Assembly (NCBI GenBank): GCA_963702095.1
Contig: OY969706.1
Coordinates: 256,001-320,000, forward strand
DNA length: 64,000 nucleotides
Reading direction: 5' to 3'
From: Candidatus Bathyarchaeota archaeon
GTDB taxonomy: Archaea; Thermoproteota; Bathyarchaeia; Bathyarchaeales; Bathycorpusculaceae
Shown here piece by piece: positions 1 through 9,876 of the stretch; position 1 is the stretch's first letter, and each line of letters starts with the position of its first letter. The notes under the pieces are model-generated. The model saw only the letters and a program-made list of their open reading frames with translations. It was not told where the DNA came from and made no database searches. The translations under genes were made by a program, and so were the position numbers.

Positions 1-162
1 TAGCCGATATTTTGATTCTCCTAATTGTGGGGGCTGTATTTACAAAACAAGCAGTTACTGCTGGGGACAATGCTCCCTAAACATTTGGAAAAAAGACAAA
101 GAATACTAATTATTTTGGAGTGCACGAGCGATTGCATACTAACTTTAGAAGTTGATTCAGTT

Positions 163-483
163 TTGGAACACACTAACAAGCTTATTGTGAGAGTGGTTAA
201 CCATCAAAAGAATAAACCAATCCAGAATATTACGGTTAAAGTGTTCAAGATCGAAAAAAAACCAATAACACCCGAACAATGGGTTAAAAATCTAAAAAAT
301 GGACCTCCCTTTAAAACCTTAGTTCTCTCAATGAACACCGATAACACTGGTACCGTAACCGCCGAATTCCCTGAAGGTACCTATGAAGCTAAAGTAGAAG
401 GATATGGGTTTAATCAGATTTGCGAATTAACCCAAAATGCTGAAGTTCTCGTTATTGAACCAAAAAAGCATTGGTGGCAATGA
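163..483 (+). CDS. Small hypothetical protein, carboxypeptidase-regulatory/transthyretin-like beta-sandwich
   Basis: ORF 25..483; likely TTG start at 163; motifs KPIQNITVKV and TDNTGTVTAEFPEGTYEAKVEGYG typical of this fold. Confidence 0.5.
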   Translation: MEHTNKLIVRVVNHQKNKPIQNITVKVFKIEKKPITPEQWVKNLKNGPPFKTLVLSMNTDNTGTVTAEFPEGTYEAKVEGYGFNQICELTQNAEVLVIEPKKHWWQ

Positions 484-1048
484 TGTAGTTTGCCTCTATT
501 CCGCGGTCTCTGCAAAGTCTAATGTTCAATTTGAAATAACCGTTTTGAACTGCATCCATGTTTTCAATTGGGGGTTAGCCGAAGTCCTTTGTGCCGCTAA
601 ACCCATATTCTCCTGTAGCTTTTCTAGCAATTTTTGGATTTAGTCCGCCTGCAGAGGCGTCGATCGCTATGACTGGGACCTGATTAACTTGAGAAGATTT
701 AGTCTACTCGCTCGGTCGTTTTTTGCATTATTTGGAGCGGTCAAGCGCGTTTCCTAAGCAATAAAATTCATACAGTTTTGGGAGGCAATGTGTTTCTAAT
801 TATCTAAAACTGGCTCCCACCTGTTGCTTAGTAGTAACCAACCCTATAAGCGTTATTTTATATATTTTGAGGCTTGATAATGCAACAGGCAAGAAAACCT
901 TGAAGCTACCCTATAGCGTTTCAGCTTACAAATTCGACTTGTTCCTCATTTTCTTGATTTTCGGTCTCAGCCTTCCAGCTCTCTCTGGATTACTGATTTT
1001 CCCCTTCTCACTAATACCCTGCACCAGCAGATTAACCATGCAAGAGGT

Positions 1049-3010
1049 TTATAACGACTTTATTGCTTTCGTTGAAGAAGGTATTGATGGAGCCAGTTCT
1101 TCTCGGGAATCAGCGATCACACACTTAAGTTCATTTATACTTGTTGAGTCCAATAGAATACTTGGAGGCTTTTTGGGGTCTATGTAAATTTGGAACCAGA
1201 GTTCCAAAGTTAACACCATCCAAAAGAATTGAGAGAGATCATATTCGACTGCGGGATCAATGTCGTCAGTACATAACATATCAAATGTTTTGAGTAACTT
1301 ACTTTGGTTAAATATCCCTCTGTCCTTGAATCTTTCAGAAGATAGGATTTCAAGGATTTCTGGGCGAAGGCTCTTAACCCACTTGATTGCTGGAACAGAA
1401 CTACCAAACTTCCGTCTGGATTTACGAACAGCTTCCGGTATCAAGCCTTTAACGGCCTCTCTTAAAACGTATTTAGATATGCCTCTTCTGCTTTTCTGGC
1501 TTTCTGGCAATGACATACAAAAAAGCATGAATTCGGGGTCTAAACAAGGATATCGGGGTTCAATAGAAAAAGCAGAGAAAATCATATCCTGAGCCTGCAA
1601 AATCTCTACTATGCTTCCTATCGTTCGGTCAACTTGTGATTCTTCGGTTCGAGCAAAATTCTCAGTGATACGCGCACGGGAAATGTATTCTTGGTTTAGG
1701 AATTGTGATTCTTTTCGTGTTGCTGTTGACTCTCTAAGTAGCTTTAGTTGGTTTACTATCTTCCCAAACGTAACGTAAGACAAATCTTGATGCACTATCA
1801 TACCTATTGTTTCAACTAAAAACTTGCCAAATTTCTTTTTTTGCCAAAGGATTCTAAGATATTCATAAATCTCAACATCCCCGCTAAGATATGTATCCAT
1901 TCCAGTCCCCAAGAAAGCCACTTTTGCACGTTCGTTCCCCAACGCCCTGGCTAAACATAATGACATATAAGCACTCTCGAAGTGGCAGGGTTCTTCCAAG
2001 CAAAAAACCAATCGCTCTAACTCTTTCCGTCCGAGTGATTGATGAAGGTTCACGTAATTGACCTCGGTTTCTCGGAACCGTTCGTATTCTCTAATGTATG
2101 GTTCCTCATTTACTCCTCTGGAGTCACCCGCACTGACAGCGGAAACCAATGTTTGCGTTCCAACTTGGTTTATCTTAGCAAGTTCATTAGAAATCAAAGA
2201 AGCAATAGCTTGGCTATCAATGCCCCCGCTCATGCATGTTCCAAATTGCACATCTTTGGGTAGCATTTTCTTGGTTGTATGCTGTAATTTATCTAAGAAA
2301 AGCGAGGAATAGTTATAATTCCCCTTTTTCGGGGCTGACGGAGAGGGAAGATGCCAATACTCAAAAACCTCTGGCTTGTTTTCTCCTAAAGTAAAAACCG
2401 CATAATATCCAGGCAACACTTCCTTTATCTGGGCAAAATAAGTATCACCACTCCTAAAATGGTAACGCTGTAATAAGTATCTGCACAATAAATCATGGTT
2501 GGGTTTACGTGGGATTGTTTGGTCAATAAAAAGGGCTTTTATCTCGGATGCCAACGCATAACTGTCGCCGTTTGCCGTATAAAATAGCGGCTTACTTCCT
2601 AATCGGTCTCTGACAGCAAACAACTTTTCCTGTGTTGAATCCCATATGCAGAAGGCAAAGACTCCGTCTAACTGTTTTATGCAATCTATACCATTGATTT
2701 CATAGGCTTTTAAGACAAGTTCGGCATCTGAGTAAACTGTAGTCGCGTTTTTATCAAGTTGTTCTTTGAGTTCACGACTATTGTATAATGTTCCGTCAAG
2801 GGTAATCCAAATGTTTTTTTTCTTGTTGCAGAGTGGTTGGTGAACAAACTTAGAACCCCTAAAAGACGCAACATTTCCGATCGCTACTTTTGAATCTAAA
2901 AACCAGCCGGAATCATCGGGTCCTCGATGTTTGAGAGCTTGACACATTTTACGTACTAACTCGTAGGATCTACCTGAATCATACCCTAAGAGAGCGACAA
3001 TCCCGCCCAA
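1049..3010 (-). CDS. Asparagine synthetase B-like protein with degenerate glutaminase domain
   Basis: HRGPD, RDRLGSKPLFY, SGGIDS PP-loop, FSIEPRYPCLD; GGTGA SD then TTG start gives MGGIVA (no Cys1). Confidence 0.8.
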   Translation of the reverse strand: MGGIVALLGYDSGRSYELVRKMCQALKHRGPDDSGWFLDSKVAIGNVASFRGSKFVHQPLCNKKKNIWITLDGTLYNSRELKEQLDKNATTVYSDAELVLKAYEINGIDCIKQLDGVFAFCIWDSTQEKLFAVRDRLGSKPLFYTANGDSYALASEIKALFIDQTIPRKPNHDLLCRYLLQRYHFRSGDTYFAQIKEVLPGYYAVFTLGENKPEVFEYWHLPSPSAPKKGNYNYSSLFLDKLQHTTKKMLPKDVQFGTCMSGGIDSQAIASLISNELAKINQVGTQTLVSAVSAGDSRGVNEEPYIREYERFRETEVNYVNLHQSLGRKELERLVFCLEEPCHFESAYMSLCLARALGNERAKVAFLGTGMDTYLSGDVEIYEYLRILWQKKKFGKFLVETIGMIVHQDLSYVTFGKIVNQLKLLRESTATRKESQFLNQEYISRARITENFARTEESQVDRTIGSIVEILQAQDMIFSAFSIEPRYPCLDPEFMLFCMSLPESQKSRRGISKYVLREAVKGLIPEAVRKSRRKFGSSVPAIKWVKSLRPEILEILSSERFKDRGIFNQSKLLKTFDMLCTDDIDPAVEYDLSQFFWMVLTLELWFQIYIDPKKPPSILLDSTSINELKCVIADSREELAPSIPSSTKAIKSL

Positions 3011-3183
3011 ACATGTCACCAGTCATTTTTTGGCTCTGTAGAGATTTATATTTTGTGTATTGCTAATCATTAAAAAAAGACAATTATCGACCAGTTGATT
3101 TGTGATTGTTAGAAAAATTTAAGGTTTCTTAAAAGAAAGGTGCAAAAAATTTATACAGAACAGAAAAAAGGCAATTCATAGCC

Positions 3184-3227
3184 ATCTCCACGGCTTAAAG
3201 GCTCGAACATCCACACCGCCTGCATCA
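3184..3227 (+). repeat. Degenerate copy of the tRNA-3'-end-containing segment at 3367-3407
   Basis: ATCTCCACGGCT...TCGAA...CCAC...CCTGCATCA aligns with ATCTCCACGGCT...TTCGAATCCCACCCCTGCACCA. Confidence 0.55.
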
Positions 3228-3384
3228 CAGCCCTCTAAGCGCTGAATTATATAGGCTTAACACCTTGAACTGTTGATGCAGTGCTAAAGCCGCCACACCA
3301 ACCCCATAAAGAGAGAGAAAAGCAAAACAAACGTTGATCTGCTGGTAAAAGAGACGGGCGGGCGATATCTCCACGGCTCAGAGA

Positions 3385-3407
3385 GTTCGAATCCCACCCC
3401 TGCACCA
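3385..3407 (+). other. tRNA 3'-end fragment (Leu-like), possible att-site remnant
   Basis: GTTCGAATCCCACCCCTGCACCA = T-loop, T-stem 3' side, acceptor strand and CCA; upstream GAGAG does not pair with CCCAC and no D or anticodon arm is present. Confidence 0.6.
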
Positions 3408-3626
3408 AGACCTGACTTTATCGGTTGACTCTTGATTTGATGACTATCAGCAACAGCTAAGCCTGAGAATCCGAGTTACACGCAAAGTCAACAGGCGATT
3501 TTTTTCTGTATAAAGAAAGCATTAATGCTTAAATTGTTCATCACTAATAGGAAACTATTGTAGAGCCGCCTGTTTACTTTTAGGTGATTCCAAATATCAG
3601 CCTCTGTTTTACTTGCCACTAAAAAT

Positions 3627-4287
3627 TTGAAGAAACTGCTTTATCGTTCAAAATATTTCTCTTTAGTATTCTTCATCGTTTTTTTATCTACTTTTTATTC
3701 CATACAGTCAAGGTTATTTTGGTCAGATTTTTCTTTCACTTATAGTGTCACTGGTTCTGGTTATTGCAGGGTTTTCAGTAAAACAAGAGAAAACAATCGG
3801 CCCAATTACCCTGCTGATAGTTTTTGTGACTTTGTTCTTTGTTTGGTTCTTTACAATTCAAGGAAGCCGGCACAGCGAGGAACTTGTGCGTTTTTTTACA
3901 ACAATTTCTTTCTCACTTATTGGAGCCTTGATCTTTATCAACGTCATCAAAACTGAGCGAAAGAAGGCTATTGAGATGGATTTGGTATGGGGTGGTGTGG
4001 CGACTTATCTTTTGATCGGGTTGGCTTTCGCTTCGATTTACCGTTTGGTTGAATTATACGTGCCGGGCTCTTTTTCCAGTTTATCGACTCCGCCTATGCA
4101 TGATTTTTCTAATTTTATTTATTTTAGCTATTATGCGTTGACTACGATAGGTGGACTTATGACGCCCAACACCTTGCAGGCACAGTCGCTTGTGATGTTG
4201 GAGCCTATTATAGGAACGTTGTTTATCGCTATTTTGATTTCACGCTTGGTAGGCATTGTTGGGAGTAAAGAAAACCAAGCCTCGTAA
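3627..4287 (+). CDS. Potassium-channel-family (Ion_trans_2) membrane protein; frameshift in T-run near 3680
   Basis: ORFs 3627..3956 and 3745..4287 join on removing one T; pore helix YFSYYALTTIGG and inner helix LEPIIGTLFIAILISRLV. Confidence 0.75.
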
Positions 4288-4387
4288 TGAACCGAAAGAA
4301 TGCAAAGGATAGGCGGGTAGGGGGAGCATAATCGCGTCAAATAGTTTTTAAGTAATATGAGGTTACCTTTAGGTAAGTGTTGGTTTT

Positions 4388-4669
4388 ATGGTTGAAGATT
4401 TTGATCTTGAAGACTTTAATCTGATTGACATGAATGCGAAGAAGGTCCTGGTTGCTCTATCAGACTTTGACAAAGGATTACTGATTAAAGGGGAAATGGT
4501 ACATAAGAAAACTGGTTTAACCCCCGCCGACATAAACGATGCAGTTAGAAGCCTAAAAGAGTCCTTGCTGGTCGATATACCCGATGCCCTCAAAAACTTG
4601 CTGCCCTACGACTTCTACGCGGTGGAAATCACGGATTTTGGAAGACAAGTGCTGGAACAATACGGGTGA
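4388..4669 (+). CDS. Small winged-helix protein
   Basis: TGLTPADINDAVRSLKESLLV...VEITDFGRQVL wHTH pattern. Confidence 0.6.
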   Translation: MVEDFDLEDFNLIDMNAKKVLVALSDFDKGLLIKGEMVHKKTGLTPADINDAVRSLKESLLVDIPDALKNLLPYDFYAVEITDFGRQVLEQYG

Positions 4670-5037
4670 GAGGCTTCTTATTATTTTTCCTTTGTCGCTT
4701 TTCTTAATTACCCTCCAAGGGTTATTTTATAATGTAAACAAATGTAAAGCGACTCCCCTGACTCCCTAAAATAATTAAAGTAAAATGAAAAGGGGTTTGC
4801 AGATGGCCTCTCTTGGCCAACAAAGGGTCGACTCCTACCTGTCCATAAAACATAGAATGAGTTTATTGCTTCTGGATTATAGGTTATCTACGTTATGCCT
4901 CTTTTTGGAATAGCGCACTAATAATCAACCATTCTATCGGTACTACTCTAATAAAGAAACAAAAAGAATGGAGAGGCGTGTCGCTACTTTTCAGCAGCGA
5001 CCTCTTTGGATTTCATGTTTATCTCTCTCGAAGAATT

Positions 5038-5259
5038 TTACTGGGGTCGCATGCTTCTATTGCCGATTATGTTGAATCTTATTAGCCCTAAAGCAAGTAT
5101 TACTATGCCTAAGACAAGCGATGCAGTACCTAAACCTGACCCGCGTAATAGATTAGGTAAAATTATTATCGCTGTTCCCACTAACGCCAGTATTATTCCA
5201 ATTAAAGCTAGAAGACTCCCTTGTTTCTTGTTTTTCCTTATCGGTCGTTGTTCAACCAT
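5038..5259 (-). CDS. Small two-TM membrane protein
   Basis: Two hydrophobic helices with basic N-terminus; purine-rich SD-like sequence upstream. Confidence 0.6.
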   Translation of the reverse strand: MVEQRPIRKNKKQGSLLALIGIILALVGTAIIILPNLLRGSGLGTASLVLGIVILALGLIRFNIIGNRSMRPQ

Positions 5260-5775
5260 CTTAGCCCTCTCCGTGTAGAGACAGGGTGAACTGTTCGTAT
5301 ATTAAAACATTATCAGCAGGACTTGATTCAAGTATCCAAATTGTAATGGATACAATGTTACATTTGCTCAGAAATTAGGCGCGTCATCCATTGATCCCCC
5401 AACAACCGTTAACCTCAACAGTGGTACCAATCATAACAGTTAGCACACTTAGTGGATGAGCTTAGAGGAAAAATGAATCCCTAAAGGTGCATATACTCTA
5501 ATTACACTATCACCGCTATCAAGACAACAAGCGCTAAATCCAACCATAACACCTTAACCTCCAAATTTAGTGCCTCATCCTCACCCTTAACAAAAGGCAA
5601 TCTCTCTGCACAGGTGGTAATCATATTACCGTTTCCAGGTCCCCGTATTATTTGAGGTCATGTTAGTAGTCATCATAATTATCTCGCTGGTATAGTGCTT
5701 TTTATTAGGTATCGAAACAGTAAGTCCAATGAGCTTCAAATAACATAACTATGTTAAGAGCGGGAGCTAGAATAA

Positions 5776-5943
5776 GTGAAGAAAAAAGACAGCGTCGAAG
5801 TAAGCGAATGCGAAACCTTCCAGTCCTACAACGAAAAACTCAAAGCAAAGTACGGTGACCAGTGGCTGGGAAAAGGCAAGTGTACTGGACTGGAGTTCAA
5901 ACGCTGGATAGCTCTACGGGACAACCTCACAGAAATCCCCTGA
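5776..5943 (+). CDS. 55-aa hypothetical protein (below ORF-track cutoff)
   Basis: GGGAG then GTG AAG AAA AAA GAC...; open to TGA 5941-5943. Confidence 0.45.
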   Translation: MKKKDSVEVSECETFQSYNEKLKAKYGDQWLGKGKCTGLEFKRWIALRDNLTEIP

Positions 5944-6082
5944 CCTCTCACTTGAAAAACCGCCTTTGACTATTTCTATTCAATAGTTTTTTAAGGCAAC
6001 ACAACAATAACTTTTCATTCACTATAGTATTTACCTATGGTCGGGAGTCCAACCACTTGCCACATTTAGGGATGCGAAAAAC

Positions 6083-7195
6083 ATGAACAAACAATTGCTA
6101 ACAGGTATTTTTATTGTATTTTTCCTTTTTTCAATTCTAGTTATCCCCCAAATAGTCTACTGTCAAACAGATGCACCGTCCGCAACAGAGCCAGCGCCAA
6201 CCGAAGCAGCACAAGGAGGCTTTAACTGGTTACTTGTGGGCGGAATCTCGGCGGCTGTGGTAGCGGCTGTTGTCGTCGTAGTTGCATTTGTTTTTACTAA
6301 GAGAAGGGTTAGCGAAAAAAGCCTCAGAAAAGTTTCATCCCGTGCCTTCGAAGATTGGGTTATTAAGCGGTTCAATGGCAAACCAAGCGATCCGACTTCG
6401 GGTGTAAGTGCAGTTACCGAGGGAGGTCAACCGCTCTTAATCGTGCAGTCTGATCATATTGGTTTAGCCGAGGTTGAAGATTTTGTTAAAGTATTGGCTA
6501 GGGGCGGAACGCAGAAGGGTACGATTGTAGCTTTCAATTTCGATAATGACACCGTCGAGGGAAAAGTAGCAGCATTGGATAACGGCATTGAGCTTCAGTT
6601 GGTACGTGTAAATGAACTGGTGAATAAACGCTATGCTGGAAGGATCAAAAGCCTTGCCCGTTCACAGGCAACCTTTGAGGCCCCACCGGTTGGCATCATG
6701 GAAGATCAAGTTCCTGAGACAAAAACACCAGCCTTTGAAAGAATGCCCATGGCAAGTAGCCACTCAGGAGATGCTCTGGGAAGACCCCGGGTCTTCATAT
6801 CTAACAGCAACACAAAGGTAGCGGACCAAGTAAGAAAAATGCTGGATTTCCTAGATTACGGCTATGTCACGGGCGACAAAGAAGAAACTACAGTGCCTAT
6901 TTCGGACAATAAATTTGGGTTAATGCAAAACTGCGACTGCGCGATAATCAACATAGCCGCAGCTGAACAGGAAAGACGGTACAGCGGACTCTACGTTCTA
7001 AATTCAACGGTTTCCTCAGAAATCAACGCTGCGTACCTGAAATATAACACTCAAGTGGTTCTGCTGGTTGAAAGAAAAGTAGATTTACCTCCAAACCTTA
7101 AAGGGGTAAACAGAATTGACTATGACAGTGATGATTTGTCTTTCAACGCAGCAATGGATCTTAAGAAAACCTTAGAGGGCTTTAAAAAAATATAG
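6083..7195 (+). CDS. Membrane-anchored protein: signal peptide, TM helix, inactive Mrr-like domain, C-terminal TIR-like (CAP12/Pycsar-type) domain
   Basis: N-terminal hydrophobic signal; second TM ending KRR; FEDWV...KGTIVAFNF Mrr-like pattern; RVFIS...NSTVSSEINAA...VDLPPNLKG TIR-like pattern. Confidence 0.75.
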   Translation: MNKQLLTGIFIVFFLFSILVIPQIVYCQTDAPSATEPAPTEAAQGGFNWLLVGGISAAVVAAVVVVVAFVFTKRRVSEKSLRKVSSRAFEDWVIKRFNGKPSDPTSGVSAVTEGGQPLLIVQSDHIGLAEVEDFVKVLARGGTQKGTIVAFNFDNDTVEGKVAALDNGIELQLVRVNELVNKRYAGRIKSLARSQATFEAPPVGIMEDQVPETKTPAFERMPMASSHSGDALGRPRVFISNSNTKVADQVRKMLDFLDYGYVTGDKEETTVPISDNKFGLMQNCDCAIINIAAAEQERRYSGLYVLNSTVSSEINAAYLKYNTQVVLLVERKVDLPPNLKGVNRIDYDSDDLSFNAAMDLKKTLEGFKKI

Positions 7196-7217
7196 TTAAG
7201 CCTCAAAACCCGAGGTA

Positions 7218-7509
7218 TTAGGTTTCTTTTGAGAGTTTCTCAACCAACTGCTCTCCTTCCGCGGTAAGGTCGTATTGACGGTACTCGCTTCGGGCAGTTT
7301 CTTTTAATTCGCCTTTTAAGAGGCGGGCTCTCTCCAAGACAGCCAAATCATGCATCACCTGCTTAACATCGTAAAACGCTGGGCCCTCACTCTGAGGCAT
7401 CATATCAAAAGGCCGGCACCTTTGCCACCCGAATCAAAAGAGACCGGTAGCGTTCAAACCCTTCCTCAAACTCTTTCATTTCACGTGCTTTGTTTTCTTC
7501 AGCAACCAT
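7218..7509 (-). CDS. Small winged-helix-like protein; frameshift in T-run near 7405
   Basis: MVAEENKAREMKEF...VPAF joins DMMPQ...YRQYDLTAEGEQLVEKL on deleting one T. Confidence 0.5.
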
Positions 7510-7652
7510 ATTCAACCTATTTTTTAATTCTAAGGACATAAAACGCCAACCCAAAACTATCTAACTAAAGAACCATTTTTAATCAGCTTCTGTGGCTAAA
7601 GAGTCTTTAGGCGACTTAGCACTTATTGCTTCGCCGTTTCCTGCCTGCATGA

Positions 7653-7832
7653 CCCGTTTACGTTGGCTATGATGATGCTTGGGTATCACAGGTTCCTGAG
7701 TTTCCGGCAGCGTTGGCGGCAACGGTTTGTTTGCTTGTAGTGACAGCAGTAGCAATCCTTTTTGATTGTATAAGATATTTAACTTTTACCCTTATCCCTC
7801 AAACGCTTCAAAACAGAGGGGCATCTAACTAA
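7653..7832 (+). pseudogene. Orphan C-terminal fragment with PEF-CTERM-like sorting signal
   Basis: Frame reads PVYVGYDDAWVSQVPEFPAALAATVCLLVVTAVAIL immediately after a TGA, with no start codon. Confidence 0.4.
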
Positions 7833-8305
7833 GCGAGTGCCCGCTTACAATGAAAAAGAGATTGTAGGATGCATCTGCAACGTTAAAGCGGTTTAAATCC
7901 ACCATTGTACCATTACTACTTACCTGTGTCGGATTGCAGGCAGTTTTGGCTTTCTTAGCCACTTCTTTTATGGCAGTAAAAGAGGGGTCTGCTCCACAAA
8001 ATGGCAATAGGGTAATTGACAGAACAGCGCCTGCTTAAGTGATTATAACCAAGTTGCATGATTGCTCAGGGCAGTAGGTAACGCCACCCAACGACGGAAA
8101 GTCCGTTAAAAACGTTCACATATACAACTAATAGATAGTAATAGTAAACTTTAACAGATTAAACGCCGGGATTTTTGAGTATCTACTAAGCGGTCTTTTA
8201 GATTTGACGTTTCAATGCAGAAACTCTCTGATAAAGACAAAAACCCAGCTTTTTTGGAGCTTTTGGGAAAACAACTAAATAGTTGAAGAGTTCAATCATA
8301 AGACT

Positions 8306-8998
8306 ATGACCTACGTAAAGAAACGCTCTAACCTCAAAGTCTACATCGCCGTAACCGCAGTTATTGTACTGGTCATAGCTGCCTTTGCTGGGATCTACCT
8401 ATTGAATTCTGGTTCCAAACCTGTAACTGTCGGTGTACGAGTTGGTGACACCTTCACTTATAGTATAGTGGGTACTTCAGAATTCGCTGAAGAAGGAACC
8501 AACGACACCCCTGGTTTTGACCAATACAACCAAACGGATTATTTCAAGATAACAATCACTGACGTAACTGGAACTAACGTTTCCATGGATTCTGTTTGGC
8601 GCTTCCTAAACGGTACACAGTTATCCTATAAACAAACCCTTGACATTGCAAGCGGAAACAAGACCGACGCAAACGGTTTCTGGGCTATTTACCCAGCCAA
8701 CCTAACTGCAAAAGATCTGCTACGCCCAGTGGGTGCCGACGGCAGAATCGTCAACAAAACCATCACACAAGTCTACACAAGCGGTAACCGAGATACAAAC
8801 TTCTGGTTCATAAACAACCAGTTCTATGACTCCAGAGATACAAGCTACGGTACACTCATGTACGATTACCGCAACATCTACTTCGATAAGGTAACGGGCG
8901 TGTTGACTTCGTATGACGAGTATCAAGTGTTTAACAATCCGCAGATGCAAGAAGTCATCAGTTGGAGACTAGTATCTACCTCAGTTTGGGATGTATAA
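8306..8998 (+). CDS. N-terminally anchored surface/secreted protein
   Basis: Basic N-terminus plus TM; VGVRVGDTFTY and YFDKVTGVL motifs; many N-x-T sequons. Confidence 0.75.
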   Translation: MTYVKKRSNLKVYIAVTAVIVLVIAAFAGIYLLNSGSKPVTVGVRVGDTFTYSIVGTSEFAEEGTNDTPGFDQYNQTDYFKITITDVTGTNVSMDSVWRFLNGTQLSYKQTLDIASGNKTDANGFWAIYPANLTAKDLLRPVGADGRIVNKTITQVYTSGNRDTNFWFINNQFYDSRDTSYGTLMYDYRNIYFDKVTGVLTSYDEYQVFNNPQMQEVISWRLVSTSVWDV

Positions 8999-9187
8999 CT
9001 GCCCAACAACCCCTTTCTTCTTACCTAACCAACAATGTAAGCCTCAAAATTTAATTTTTTACTTAAAAAAGCTATGTTAAAGATGAAAAGTCTGACTGCA
9101 TTTTGAGCTTTTTCTTTAAGTCAAGTATTTATAGCGTTTTTTCTTTGAACTATACAGGTGCTTTTAATGGAAAAATCAGAAAAAAGG

Positions 9188-9391
9188 ATGAGCCAAGCTT
9201 CTGGGTCCATGGAAAAAACAGCCGAAACCATAGGAGACACAATCATAGCAGTCCTTGACAGACTTGCCGGCAAACAATCTGATCTTAAACTCAGCTTCGA
9301 AGACTTAACCCTCGACACAGGAGTCATGAAGGCAAGAGTAAACGGCGCAATCGTTCTAGACCTCGTTATGGCCAAAGAAACCACAGCTTAA
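9188..9391 (+). CDS. Small hypothetical protein
   Basis: ORF with coding-like composition; forms an apparent two-gene unit with the next ORF. Confidence 0.6.
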   Translation: MSQASGSMEKTAETIGDTIIAVLDRLAGKQSDLKLSFEDLTLDTGVMKARVNGAIVLDLVMAKETTA

Positions 9392-9415
9392 AACAATTTT
9401 AAAGGGCGAATTAAA

Positions 9416-9835
9416 GTGCAAATAACCACTTTGCTAGTTGAAACTATGAAATCTGGGAAAATAACGATAAGCCAAAACAACGTTGAAGCCGTCGAAGTAA
9501 ACGTGAAGGACAAAAAAATCGACGTTAACGCAAAAGACAAGGCCTTCATCAAAGAAATCGTTTCCAGCGCACGCGGAACAAGCACAAAAGGCGGCGTCAC
9601 AGAAACCATCCGCAGAGGCGTCGGCACCTTAAGAGAAGCCAGAAAGTCACAGCCGCTGGTCAAAGAAATCGTCGAAGACCTATGCCGAGAAGGCGTCACC
9701 ATAACAGTTTCTTACAAAGGCGACCGCGTGGTAACAATCGGTTCAGAAGCAGACTCAAAGTTCACCAAAGTGGTCACTGGAACCAAAGGCATTGAAATCA
9801 ACAGTCCACTCAAACTTGCAGAAATGGGGATTTGA
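9416..9835 (+). CDS. Hypothetical protein
   Basis: 139-aa ORF with coding-like codon usage. Confidence 0.7.
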   Translation: MQITTLLVETMKSGKITISQNNVEAVEVNVKDKKIDVNAKDKAFIKEIVSSARGTSTKGGVTETIRRGVGTLREARKSQPLVKEIVEDLCREGVTITVSYKGDRVVTIGSEADSKFTKVVTGTKGIEINSPLKLAEMGI

Positions 9836-9876
9836 GCGCCAAACAGCAGTTAGGATTATGCACCAACCCAATTTTT

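Noticed and set aside
867-3200. Lasso peptide cluster around the AsnB-like gene
   Set aside because: No precursor, B1/RRE or B2 protease gene adjacent
3330-3407. Complete tRNA gene
   Set aside because: T-stem 5' side does not pair, the acceptor strand is one base short, and no D or anticodon arm is present
5300-5700. Possible decayed gene
   Set aside because: Only short interrupted frames with no recognisable motif
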